A stretch of 64,000 nucleotides of DNA from Candidatus Zixiibacteriota bacterium (GTDB lineage Bacteria > Zixibacteria > MSB-5A5 > UBA10806 > 4484-95), in the NCBI GenBank assembly GCA_037441845.1, contig JBBIRK010000003.1, positions 1 to 64,000 of the forward strand, written 5' to 3'. The position numbers and the translations under genes were made by a program. Shown in pieces: positions 21,895-31,425 of this stretch. The notes beneath the pieces are model-generated. The model saw only the letters and a program-made list of their open reading frames with translations. It was not told the DNA's origin and made no database searches. Numbering within the stretch: the first letter of the stretch is position 1; each line of letters opens with the position of its first letter.

Positions 21895-23011
21895 ATGGCT
21901 GAATCGACTCAAGAGACCCTGATCGATCTCGAAAGGCGTCTTATCAAACTCAAGGAGTATCTTTGAAATCGACCGGCTGAAGCAGGAAACCGCCCGCCTT
22001 CAGGAGGAATCTCAATCACCGGGATTCTGGAACGATAACCTGAAAGCCCAGGCGATTCTCAAAGAGCTCGACCGCAAAAAACAAAAAATCGACCTCTGGG
22101 CGCGCCTTCATGATGAACTGAACGACCTTGCGGAATTTTCCAAGCTCGCCATCGCCGAAAAAGACGAATCGGCTCTCGAACACATCGTTGAACAGATCCG
22201 AAAACTTACCGGCGAGGTCCAGTCGTTCGAGTTCGCATCGATTCTCTCAGAAGAAGACGACCCTAAAAACGCAATTCTCGAAATTCATCCGGGAGCGGGA
22301 GGAACCGAGTCGCAGGACTGGGCGCAGATGCTGATGCGGATGTACACTCGCTATGCCGAGAAGAAGGGTTTCCAGTGCGAAATTCTTGACTACCTTGCCG
22401 GCGAGGAGGCGGGCATCAAGTCGGTCACGCTGGAAATCAAGGGAGAATATGCTTTCGGCTACTTGAAATCCGAATCGGGGGTTCATCGCCTGGTGCGCAT
22501 TTCGCCTTTCGATTTCAACAAACGCCGACACACTTCGTTCGCCTCGGTTTACGTGATTCCTGAGGTGGAGGATAATATCTCGGTGGTTATAAGAGATGAG
22601 GATATTAGGATCGATACCTATAGAGCCTCAGGAGCCGGAGGTCAGCACGTCAACAAAGTATCCTCGGCGGTGAGAATTACGCACTACCCGACCGGAATCG
22701 TGGTTCAGTGTCAGACCGAAAGGTCGCAGCATAAAAACAAAGAATCTGCGATGAAAATCCTTCGCTCACGACTATACCAGCATTATCTCAAAATCGAAAA
22801 GGAAAAGCAGGCTCAAAAAGAACCCGACAAGAAAAAAATCGAATGGGGTTCGCAGATTCGCTCATATGTGTTTCACCCTTATAATCTGGTGAAAGACCAT
22901 CGCACCGATATCGAAACGTCCAATGTGCAGGCGGTGATGGATGGCGATCTCGACGCTTTCATTTACGGATTTCTCTCCAATCCGGAATGCCGTCGTATGC
23001 TAACCAAATAG
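21895..23011 (+). CDS. prfB: Peptide chain release factor 2, +1 programmed frameshift at CTT-TGA (21961-21966)
   Basis: ATG 21895 opens a 23-codon ORF ending AAGGAG TAT CTT TGA; the +1 frame continues to SPF and GGQ motifs and is in frame with ORF 22328..23011. Confidence 0.96.
21952..21967 (+). promoter_or_regulatory. prfB frameshift cassette (internal SD + slippery CTT TGA)
   Basis: AAGGAGTATCTTTGAA. Confidence 0.93.
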
Positions 23012-23150
23012 TTCATCCGAAATCATTTTCGCCGCCAGATGCTATTCAACCATGGAAAACGCTCATTCCATAATAATTTCGCTTGATAAATCCTCGTGAT
23101 GTTCTAAAATGGCGGCACCGTTATCGATTAAGTCTTGAAAGCGAGGCTGT

Positions 23151-23969
23151 ATGATACTCAAAACCTGTTCGAAATGCGGGAAATCGGGAGAATACGAAAC
23201 CGATATTCAATTTTGCCCGTATTGCGGGGCGGAATTCGCCGCGGGTGTGTCCGGCTCCGTGGTGTCGGGGTCGGAAAGTCCTGCTTTGGCGGCCGAAAAG
23301 ATGTCGGCTGGTCGAATTGAAGGAATACCTTGGGAAAACAGGGGAAAATTCGGATTTTTCGAAGCCTTGTTCGAAACTTGGAAATTGAGTTGTTTCAGCC
23401 CTTCCGCCTTTTATCGCAGGATGGCTGTCTCCGGCGGCGTATGGCGTCCGCTTGCCTATGGTCTGATTTTTGCCTTCATCGGATTCGTATTTCAGATGGC
23501 ATACACGGTGATATTCGATCAACTTTTCGACTTGTCCGACTGGTGGACATCCCCATACGGCGATCTGGATTACGGGTTGCAGTCATTAGGTGATAATTTG
23601 CAGTCGATTTCCAATCTTGCCAGCATAATAGTTTTTCCCTTTTTAGCCACAGCGGGTTTCTTCATATGGTCGGGCCTTGTGCATTTAGTTTTAATTATTT
23701 TCGGTTGGCGGACGAAAGATTATGAGGCGTCATTTAGAGTGATCGCCTATTCCGAGGGGCCTTCGGCGTTCGAGGTCGTCCCCATTATCGGCGGCGTTGT
23801 GGCGATTATCTGGCAAATCGTCTTGGCGATTGTAGGATTCCGCGAAACTCACGGGCTTACGACCGCCAAGGCAACGATCGCCGTGATTCTTCCTGCGGCC
23901 TCTTTTTGTCTCTGCTGCTGTTGTTTCGTATTCTGGATACTCAGCATGGTGGGCCTGGCATGGCGATAA
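23151..23969 (+). CDS. Zinc-ribbon + Yip1-family membrane protein
   Basis: CSKC...FCPYCG ribbon, IPWE...PSAFY, several TM helices, CLCCCC near the C-terminus. Confidence 0.8.
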   Translation: MILKTCSKCGKSGEYETDIQFCPYCGAEFAAGVSGSVVSGSESPALAAEKMSAGRIEGIPWENRGKFGFFEALFETWKLSCFSPSAFYRRMAVSGGVWRPLAYGLIFAFIGFVFQMAYTVIFDQLFDLSDWWTSPYGDLDYGLQSLGDNLQSISNLASIIVFPFLATAGFFIWSGLVHLVLIIFGWRTKDYEASFRVIAYSEGPSAFEVVPIIGGVVAIIWQIVLAIVGFRETHGLTTAKATIAVILPAASFCLCCCCFVFWILSMVGLAWR

Positions 23970-24361
23970 TGCGATTGGAATACAGAAGGGAAAAGCCCCC
24001 GCTGTCGATCCATATCGTCTGGGGAATGATCGTTGTCGCCGCCATTATTGGATCGCGTTTGTTGGCTTTGCCCGAATGTCTTTTCCACAGCATTTTCGGA
24101 TTCCCCTGCCTATCGTGCGGCTCGGGGCGGGCGCTCGGATCGATTTGCCGGGGGGAGGTATTACAGGCGATCGCACTGAATCCACTTATGGTCCTTTCGG
24201 GAATGGCGCTCTTTTTTTTCTCGCTTTGGAAATTGACGGAACATATATTCTCGTTCAGCGTCAGAGTGATTGCGAATAAACGGGCTTCGCTTTGGATCAG
24301 GATTTCTTTCGTTCTCCTGATCGGGGCCGATTGGATTTATCTGATAGCGAGCAAACGGTGA
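23969..24361 (+). CDS. DUF2752-like membrane protein
   Basis: CLFHSIFGFPCLSCGSGRA resembles the C.F....G.PCP.CG.TRA motif; TAATG coupling. Confidence 0.8.
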   Translation: MRLEYRREKPPLSIHIVWGMIVVAAIIGSRLLALPECLFHSIFGFPCLSCGSGRALGSICRGEVLQAIALNPLMVLSGMALFFFSLWKLTEHIFSFSVRVIANKRASLWIRISFVLLIGADWIYLIASKR

Positions 24362-24801
24362 AAATATTTTTCGGCGGCATCATTCAAGGGTCTAACAAGG
24401 GAAACGATATTCATGCCCAGCACTATCGTTTCGAGATCAAAGAACTGATCCGCAGACATTATCCGGAAGTCGAAATTTTCGACCCTTTCGAAGGTCACGA
24501 ATCGTCGGTAAGCTACGATGATCGCAAGGCGAGGGAGGTCTTTTTCGCGCATCTCGATTTCGTGCGCAAGGCCGACCTACTGATAGCCTACCTTCCTCAA
24601 GCATCTCTGGGCACGGCTATCGAAATGTGGGAAGCTCACCGCCACGGGGTGCCGATTTTGAGCATTTCGCCGATGACAACCAATTGGATAATCAGACTTT
24701 TGCCGATTCGCAATTTCGAAACCGCCGCCGCTTTCGAGTCGTTTATTATTGCCGGCGGGATTAACGAGATTTGCGATTCGAAAATGGGAATGATGAAATA
24801 A
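24358..24801 (+). CDS. Nucleoside 2-deoxyribosyltransferase-like protein
   Basis: KIFFGG...IFDP...ADLLIAYL..ASLGTAIEM.EA...G.PI pattern; GTGA overlap. Confidence 0.7.
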   Translation: MKIFFGGIIQGSNKGNDIHAQHYRFEIKELIRRHYPEVEIFDPFEGHESSVSYDDRKAREVFFAHLDFVRKADLLIAYLPQASLGTAIEMWEAHRHGVPILSISPMTTNWIIRLLPIRNFETAAAFESFIIAGGINEICDSKMGMMK

Positions 24802-25085
24802 TGCCTACTTATCAGTATCGTTGTCAGGAATGCGGCCTCGATTTCGATAAATTTCAAAGCATAAAAGAGCCGCCTATCGATCGCTGTCCGAGTTGCGGCG
24901 GCAAAGCGAAAAGATTGATTTCGGGTGGGGCGGGATTTCTTTTCAAGGGTTCCGGATTTTATATCACGGACTATCGATCGGCCGAGTACCGCAATTCGGC
25001 GAAATTGGAGAAAGAAGCCGTTTCCGGCAAAACCGCCCCGGCCGTCTCCGACAAAACCGCGACTAAACGACAATCGACCGACTAA
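24801..25085 (+). CDS. FmdB-family zinc-ribbon regulatory protein
   Basis: MPTYQYRCQECG...CPSCGG...RLIS...FKGSGFYITDY. Confidence 0.92.
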   Translation: MPTYQYRCQECGLDFDKFQSIKEPPIDRCPSCGGKAKRLISGGAGFLFKGSGFYITDYRSAEYRNSAKLEKEAVSGKTAPAVSDKTATKRQSTD

Positions 25086-25092
25086 AAAGATC

Positions 25093-25120
25093 GGCCGCCC
25101 ATACCGCATGGGCGGCCTTT
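25093..25120. terminator. Hairpin between convergent genes, likely bidirectional terminator
   Basis: GGCCGCCCAT-accgc-ATGGGCGGCC followed by TTT, with an A-run upstream. Confidence 0.7.
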
Positions 25121-25170
25121 ATGCCAAGCCCGAGATGGCTTAATTCGATTTATTTTTATTCTGCGCCGGG

Positions 25171-25818
25171 CTATTTCACTATCGTGATTTCGCCTTCTCG
25201 AAATTCACCGTCAACATCGTCACCCACAGTGTTCCAAACCGAAAACACGAGACTCATCGTCGGGTGAGGTATCATGCCCCGAGTTAATTTTATTTTTCCG
25301 GGCGGAGTATCTTTCGGGGCGGTGAAATATATCGTCGCCAATAATCCATCACCCGGATAGAGCGATGGCACGTTGGCTTTGGGGTCGATATTGTCGATTA
25401 CCGAAAAATATATGACCTGGTCTTTTGGTGAGACTTTTCCGCCACAACCTTCATGATCGCAGATATCCGCTTTTTTCGGCGGCTTGTTGAATTTGTCGTA
25501 TTCGGCGCCGCACTTGCTACAGGCCATCGGCAATTTCACGTCGTGAAACATGAATTTCTCGACCCGGCTGCCGGCGAAACTCACCGAGTCGCAAATCAGT
25601 TGAGCGGTTTCCGAACGGTAAAATATCGGCACTTGGGCTCCCGCCAACGTATCGGCGTTGGTAATGTTCACTTTTACGGCAAACGATTCACCGGCGCGTG
25701 CCGTCGCCGTGCCGACCGATACCACATTTGTCGTTCCGTGTTTGGCGGAGTTTTCGGCAAGAGCGCTGCCCATCACCAGCAAAACGCAAACGCCGACGAT
25801 TAATCCTGCTTTCCTCAC
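25171..25818 (-). CDS. Secreted cohesin-like protein with an inserted adenylate-kinase-LID-like 4-Cys motif
   Basis: Signal peptide (SALA); VSVGTATARAGESFAVKVNITN..LAGAQVPIFY..DSVSF..GDGLLATIYF..GEITI cohesin-like strands; CSKC-x16-C-x4-C insert; GTG start with GGAGG SD. Confidence 0.7.
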   Translation of the reverse strand: MRKAGLIVGVCVLLVMGSALAENSAKHGTTNVVSVGTATARAGESFAVKVNITNADTLAGAQVPIFYRSETAQLICDSVSFAGSRVEKFMFHDVKLPMACSKCGAEYDKFNKPPKKADICDHEGCGGKVSPKDQVIYFSVIDNIDPKANVPSLYPGDGLLATIYFTAPKDTPPGKIKLTRGMIPHPTMSLVFSVWNTVGDDVDGEFREGEITIVK

Positions 25819-25836
25819 TATATCCTCCCTTGTAGG

Positions 25837-27840
25837 TTAGCAATCTCCTCTGACCGGCGCCGGCCCGAGGCCCTTCAAATATCTCACCAGATACGTAACG
25901 TCCGATGCGTTCACCAAACAATCCCCGTTGCAATCTCCCCTTAACAATGGATCGGGAGCAGGTCCCAAACCTTTAAGATATCTCACCAAAAAGGTTACGT
26001 CGGCTCCGGTTATGCTGCCGTCGCCGTTGCAATCGCCCGGGGTGAAATCCTGGAAAAACAGCAACAGAGTTGACATTCTATCGGAAAGGTATGTTATTTC
26101 GTTATAGACGGTCACTCCTAAAGCCAGCCCCGGCGTGTCGTAGCTTGCGGCTCTCGTGGGATGTTCCCTGTTAAGCACGTTCAACACGAGATACCCTTCG
26201 GCGCCCACCGCAACGTGCAAGAAGTTGGCCGAGAAAAACAGGTCGCACACGATATCCGAAGTGGCGTAAAACGATAGGTTCGTCACGTTCGAAGGATCGC
26301 TTACGTTGACTATCTCGACACCTTCGTCTTCAACCGCCAGATAGGCATAATTGCCATCGGCGCAGATTTTCGTGATGCCGCCGGTGGAAACGTAGCTGCC
26401 CAAAAGGGACGGGTTGGCGGGATCGACGATCGAATAGATAAACAGGCCGCCGCTGTTGCCGGCGACATAAAGGCGATTGCCATCGACGTAAACATCGAGG
26501 ATTTCGCCTGAGGGGGTTAATTGTCCGACATAACTCAGATTCGTCGGATTGGCGATATTGATTATCTGTACGGACGTGTAATCCGCCACGTAGCAGTAGC
26601 TGCCGTAAATCGCCAGAGCTTGGGCGAAGGCCGGAGTGTCGTAACTTCCTGAAATCACCGGAGTATTGACATTGCCGACATTTATTGCGATCAGCCCGCT
26701 CTGCCGGTCGGCGATAAACACATGATTGCCGCTCTTCTCGATATCTTGAGCATTGCCCGGCGTATCCATCCTCGAAACGAAAATCGGATTGGTCGAATTG
26801 GCCACGTTGACTATCTGCAAGCCGGCCGCCCATGATGCCGAATATCCATATGATCCATCGACAACCATCTTGTAGCTGTAGCCGGTGACATACTCGCTTA
26901 TCAAACCCGGGTTCGATGGGTCATTGACATTTATCAGATCGACTCCGGTCGGGCCGTCGGCGACATAGGCGGTGCTGGCGACCACGAAAACGGAATTGGC
27001 TTGGCCATTAGTTGTCAGGCCGCCCATTCTGAAAGGCGCTCCCGGGTTGGCGATATTCACTATTTCGAGGCCGAAGGCAAGATCAGATAGATATGCATAA
27101 CTTCCCGATAGAGCGATGCTGGTCGTGTAAGCGGCTGGATAATTTGAGATAATGCTCGGATTGGCCGGGTTGTTTATATTGACGAGAAGCATCCCGTTCG
27201 ATGCATCCGATACAAAGGCGGTCGTGCCTTGAACGATGATACCAACAGCCCACCCATTGGTGTTGAGCGCGCCGGTTCGCGTAGGCGCCAACGGATTGGA
27301 GATGTTGACTATCAATAAAGAATCGCCGTCTGCGATATAGGCGTAATTGCCCACGACATCCACTCCCCAGGCTTCGCCGGGTGTGTTATATGTATTTACC
27401 CATGCCGGAGACGAGGGTACCGCCAGGTCGATTATGGTAAGGCCGGCGGCCAGATCGGCTACATACAGCGTCGTACCGAGCATCTCGACATCGACAGCGG
27501 TTCCCAAGGTCTGCCTGAACCCCGTAACGTTGGGAGATGCCGGGTTTGAAATATCGATAACTTTTATCCCCTGTTCGTGATTGGCCACTATGGCGTAATT
27601 GCCATATAGATCAAGATTGCCGCAAGGCGAAATAAACGATTTGCTGGCCACCATTTGGGGATTGTTGGGATTTGAAATATCCAGAACGACGAAACTGTTG
27701 TTGATAGTCACGTAAGCATAATTGCCCGCAACTTCAACGTCTTGGGCTCCGGTCCAAAGGGTCGATGACCTGAATTGAACGTTTTGCCCGAATACGCTGG
27801 CGCAAAACAGCAGCGCCAAAACCACAATTTTTGTTTTCAT
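25837..27840 (-). CDS. Secreted LVIVD-repeat (beta-propeller) protein with C-terminal dockerin-type double repeat
   Basis: Signal peptide; many ~42-aa GNYAYVAD..GL.IIDISNP..P repeats; GDCNGDG..DVTFLVRYLKG twice at the C-terminus. Confidence 0.9.
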   Translation of the reverse strand: MKTKIVVLALLFCASVFGQNVQFRSSTLWTGAQDVEVAGNYAYVTINNSFVVLDISNPNNPQMVASKSFISPCGNLDLYGNYAIVANHEQGIKVIDISNPASPNVTGFRQTLGTAVDVEMLGTTLYVADLAAGLTIIDLAVPSSPAWVNTYNTPGEAWGVDVVGNYAYIADGDSLLIVNISNPLAPTRTGALNTNGWAVGIIVQGTTAFVSDASNGMLLVNINNPANPSIISNYPAAYTTSIALSGSYAYLSDLAFGLEIVNIANPGAPFRMGGLTTNGQANSVFVVASTAYVADGPTGVDLINVNDPSNPGLISEYVTGYSYKMVVDGSYGYSASWAAGLQIVNVANSTNPIFVSRMDTPGNAQDIEKSGNHVFIADRQSGLIAINVGNVNTPVISGSYDTPAFAQALAIYGSYCYVADYTSVQIINIANPTNLSYVGQLTPSGEILDVYVDGNRLYVAGNSGGLFIYSIVDPANPSLLGSYVSTGGITKICADGNYAYLAVEDEGVEIVNVSDPSNVTNLSFYATSDIVCDLFFSANFLHVAVGAEGYLVLNVLNREHPTRAASYDTPGLALGVTVYNEITYLSDRMSTLLLFFQDFTPGDCNGDGSITGADVTFLVRYLKGLGPAPDPLLRGDCNGDCLVNASDVTYLVRYLKGLGPAPVRGDC

Positions 27841-28055
27841 GATCCCTTCCCTCAGATTACTGCTTTTTGACGAATAATATTATCAACTTTCCCGGTTTCG
27901 AGGCGAGGCCCAAATAAAGCATAACTCTGCCGAGGAAATCGATCCGGCACGGCAGATCACTTACGCCAATTGATAATAAATTATATTCCCTAAACCAACA
28001 ATTGGCAAGCATATTTTCACTTAAATACGGTATTCTTGCAGGCCACCGGCATTTT

Positions 28056-29114
28056 CTATACTTCCGACCCGCCTGCCGTCTTTGGATTTCCCGCCAACTG
28101 GCCGCAAGCTGCTCCAATATCCTTGCCCATCGATTTACGCCGGGTGACGACACCTACATGCGTGGAAACGTATTTTTCGAATGCGAAAACTTTGGCCTCG
28201 GTCGGAGGTCCGAAAGGCGATCCATCAACCGGATTGCAGGCGATCAGATTGATCTTACAGGGGATATCCTTGACGAAATCGAGAAGAGCCTCGGCGTCTT
28301 CGCGCGTATCGTTGAAGCCATCGATTAGCATATATTCGAACGTTATCCTACGCCGCGACCACTTGACATAGTCCAGCGCCGCTTGCTTCAATTCCGATAG
28401 TGTATAGTATCCCGCTTTCGGAATAAGCAACTTCCGTTTTTTCTCGATGGCGCTGTGAAGCGATATCGCCAGTCCGAGCCGGGCATTATTCCTCAAGAGA
28501 TTGGTTATGCCGTTTACCAAGCCTATTGTCGAAATCGTTATTCGGCGATAGGCGAGGCCGCCTCCGTCTTGACTGGTCAAGAACCCGATCGCTTTCGCCA
28601 CCGCAGCGTAGTTCAATAGCGGTTCGCCCATTCCCATGAAAACAACGTTGGTGATATTGACGCCTGGAGGAAATGACCTTCTCGTCTGAATGAATTGGTT
28701 GTAAATTTCCCCGGCGCTGAGATTTCTTTTGAATCCTCCCAATCCGGTGGCGCAGAACCTGCAGCCGATAGGGCAGCCGGCCTGCGCCGACAAACAGAGA
28801 GTTAATCTCCGTTCGTCGGGGATCAGAACCGATTCAACGAATTCGCCGTCGCTTGTTTTCCAAAGAGTTTTGGCGGTGCCATCGGAGGATTTTAGTTCCT
28901 TAATGCGGTCTAATCTTTCTATGCGCGCGACTGTTTCAAGCAGGGTTCGAAAATCTTTGGCCAGATTGCTCATCGCCGCGAAATCGTCGGTTCCATGTTT
29001 GAATATCCAGCGGAAAAGCTGTTTTCCGCTGAATGCTTTTTTTCCTTTTTCCAGGCAAAACGCTATCATCTCTTCGGATGAAAGCTCCGCCAAATTAATT
29101 TTATAATCGCCCAT
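28056..29114 (-). CDS. rlmN: 23S rRNA m2A2503 / tRNA methyltransferase RlmN (radical SAM)
   Basis: CLSAQAGCPIGCRFCATG, VFMGMGEPL, AACGQL; start placed at MGDYKIN. Confidence 0.95.
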   Translation of the reverse strand: MGDYKINLAELSSEEMIAFCLEKGKKAFSGKQLFRWIFKHGTDDFAAMSNLAKDFRTLLETVARIERLDRIKELKSSDGTAKTLWKTSDGEFVESVLIPDERRLTLCLSAQAGCPIGCRFCATGLGGFKRNLSAGEIYNQFIQTRRSFPPGVNITNVVFMGMGEPLLNYAAVAKAIGFLTSQDGGGLAYRRITISTIGLVNGITNLLRNNARLGLAISLHSAIEKKRKLLIPKAGYYTLSELKQAALDYVKWSRRRITFEYMLIDGFNDTREDAEALLDFVKDIPCKINLIACNPVDGSPFGPPTEAKVFAFEKYVSTHVGVVTRRKSMGKDIGAACGQLAGNPKTAGGSEV

Positions 29115-29263
29115 CACGTATGAGAATAATCGCCAAGTATCCGAAAGGCAAGCATTACATAAGTCAGATAAGATCGTGCGGTTCAAAAAGAATCTCCGAT
29201 AAAAAGCGGCCGAGGCCTTTTTCCGCTTGTCGAATTGAACCGGATGCCGTATTTAATGTCGCG

Positions 29264-30061
29264 ATGAATGTCGCCTATGTCCAGATAGAGCCGATTTTCG
29301 GGCGGAAACGAGCAAATATCGAGAAGGCGATTTCGGTCATGGAAGCCAATCCCGCCGATCTTTATGTGCTTCCGGAATTATTTGCAACCGGCTATTTGAT
29401 TCTTTCCGAAAACGAGGCCGAAGAACTGGCCGAACTACCTTCCGATGGCCCGACGTTCACCATGCTCGGCGATTTTGTCGCCCGCCGGGATTGCGCCGTG
29501 ATTTTCGGTTTTGCCGAAAAAGACGAAAAGGGAATATATAATTCGAGCGCTTTTATCGACAAGAACGGGCCGAAATCCATATATCGCAAAATTCATCTGT
29601 TCGCGACCGAGAAGCAGGTATTTTCTCCGGGTCAAGTTCTTCCCAAAGTGATCGAGTATAAGGGCATGAGGCTGGGCATGATGATCTGTTTCGATTGGAT
29701 TTTCCCGGAGATCGCGCGTTATTTGGCAATCAAGGGTGCGGATTTGATATGTCATCCGGCTAATCTGGTGTTGCCCTATTGCCAGGGGGCTATGGTCACC
29801 CGGTCTATCGAGAATCATATATTCACCCTGACCTGCAACAGAATCGGGCAGGAGTCCAGAGGCGATAAAAGCTGCCGCTTTACCGGTGGAAGCCAAATAG
29901 TCGATCCTTGGGGCAGGGTGTTACAACGTGCAGCAACCGATAAAGAAGAAGTATTCGTTGCCGATATCAATTATGTAGATGCGCGCGATAAGCGGATAAA
30001 TGAGTATAACGATTTACTGCTTGATCGCCGGCCCGATTTATACAACTTTTCGGGGGAATGA
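29264..30061 (+). CDS. Carbon-nitrogen hydrolase (nitrilase superfamily)
   Basis: LPELF, YRKIHLF, MICFDWIFPE (E-K-C triad). Confidence 0.92.
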   Translation: MNVAYVQIEPIFGRKRANIEKAISVMEANPADLYVLPELFATGYLILSENEAEELAELPSDGPTFTMLGDFVARRDCAVIFGFAEKDEKGIYNSSAFIDKNGPKSIYRKIHLFATEKQVFSPGQVLPKVIEYKGMRLGMMICFDWIFPEIARYLAIKGADLICHPANLVLPYCQGAMVTRSIENHIFTLTCNRIGQESRGDKSCRFTGGSQIVDPWGRVLQRAATDKEEVFVADINYVDARDKRINEYNDLLLDRRPDLYNFSGE

Positions 30062-30447
30062 TTATGGCCTCAAAAGGCAGAATTTTGGTAATCGACGATG
30101 AACCCGAGATTACGGAGATCATCCAGGCATTTTTGGTAAACGCCGGTTATACGGTCAAAATCGAGAACTCTTCCGTGGCCGGACTCGAATCCGCCAAAAG
30201 TTTCAAGCCCGATCTCATCCTGCTCGACATCATGATGCCTTTCATGGATGGCTATGAAGTCTGCTCCAAGCTCAAACATGACCCGCAAACTGCCAATATC
30301 CCGGTGCTGTTCCTCACCGGCAAGGACGCCAAAGACGACGCGGGATTGTCTTTCAAGGCGGGCGGCGATCTCTTCATCAAGAAGCCGTTCTCTTGTGAAA
30401 GGCTGCTCAATATGGTGAAGGTCGTCATGATGTCCGTCACCAAATGA
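30058..30447 (+). CDS. Single-domain response regulator (CheY-like)
   Basis: VIDDE, LILLDIMMP, FLTG, IKKPF. Confidence 0.93.
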   Translation: MIMASKGRILVIDDEPEITEIIQAFLVNAGYTVKIENSSVAGLESAKSFKPDLILLDIMMPFMDGYEVCSKLKHDPQTANIPVLFLTGKDAKDDAGLSFKAGGDLFIKKPFSCERLLNMVKVVMMSVTK

Positions 30448-30501
30448 TTCCCGGGCTTGAATCGATTGATAGACTTCTACCGCATTCAAACCCTTTATCC
30501 C

Positions 30502-30531
30502 TTGACCAAATGTTTGTCTGCCCGCTATAAT
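30502..30531 (+). promoter_or_regulatory. sigma70-type promoter 5 nt before the TPM gene start (likely leaderless)
   Basis: TTGACC-N18-TATAAT-N5-ATG, no SD. Confidence 0.65.
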
Positions 30532-30536
30532 TCGAC

Positions 30537-31262
30537 ATGCTGCGCATTCCTGTTTTTTGGCTGATTTTCCTGGCGTCGGCCATTGCACAACAGATCCCCG
30601 CTCCGCTCGGATATGTCAGCGATTATGCCGGAGTGATCGACAACCGGGCTGAGGCCGAAATCACCTCCGATATCCAAGCGATCGAATCCTCGACCGGAGT
30701 GGAGATTGCAGTGGCCGTTCTGCCCGATCTCGACGGTCATGCGGTCGATGCCTTATCGGTGGAGTTCTTCGATAGCTGGAAGATCGGCAAGAAGGGAGCC
30801 GACAACGGCGTCCTTATATTGGTTGCGATTAACGACCGCAAGGCCTGGATCACGGTTGGCTATGGCTTGGAAGGCGTCCTGCCCGACGGTTTGGTGGGTG
30901 AAATTTATCGCCATGAAATGGTGCCGAGATTCAAACAAGGCGATTATGCAGAAGGAATAAAGGCGGCAATCCATAAGATCGGGCGGATCGCAGCCGGCGA
31001 AAGACTCGAGTATCCGAAAGCCAAACGGAAAAACGACGAATTCGCGAATTGGGTTTTCTTCGTCTTCATAATCTTGATCGTTATTTCAGCCTTGATATCT
31101 CGTTCCCAACGGAGAAGAAGGGGTCTTTTCCTGATGCCACCGATTTTTTTCGGCGATCCGCGTTCCGGCGGATGGGGAAGCGGTTCGAGCGGCGGATTCG
31201 GAGGATTCGGCGGGTTCGGGGGCGGATCGACCGGTGGCGGGGGCGCCGGCGGAGGCTGGTGA
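30537..31262 (+). CDS. TPM domain (YgcG/TLP18.3 family) membrane protein
   Basis: YVSDYAGVI, WKIGKKGADNGVLILVA, VGYGLEGVLPD, Gly-rich tail GGGSTGGGGAGGGW. Confidence 0.92.
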   Translation: MLRIPVFWLIFLASAIAQQIPAPLGYVSDYAGVIDNRAEAEITSDIQAIESSTGVEIAVAVLPDLDGHAVDALSVEFFDSWKIGKKGADNGVLILVAINDRKAWITVGYGLEGVLPDGLVGEIYRHEMVPRFKQGDYAEGIKAAIHKIGRIAAGERLEYPKAKRKNDEFANWVFFVFIILIVISALISRSQRRRRGLFLMPPIFFGDPRSGGWGSGSSGGFGGFGGFGGGSTGGGGAGGGW

Positions 31263-31425
31263 TTTCTCTTTTGCTTGGCTATAATGCAATTTATCCCGAA
31301 TTGCTGTAACCTTTTGCGTCTACGAGGATATAAGTAATTGATATCGGGAGATTCCCTAATCAGGGCAAAGTCGAATGATTTCATTGACGATAAATATAAT
31401 AGCGTGAATTAACAAAGGAGCAATT

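Noticed and set aside
25534..25550. TTTCACG-T-CGTGAAA palindrome resembling parS
   Set aside because: It has 3 extra central bases relative to TGTTTCACGTGAAACA, lies inside a CDS and occurs once
25837..27780. Repetitive DNA that might be a CRISPR array or DGR repeat pair
   Set aside because: The repeats are degenerate protein-coding LVIVD and dockerin repeats; there are no identical spaced repeats, cas genes or reverse transcriptase
27965..28006. GCCAATTG-N26-CAATTGGC inverted repeat upstream of the LVIVD gene
   Set aside because: Short arms with a long spacer and no second copy seen; not distinguishable from chance
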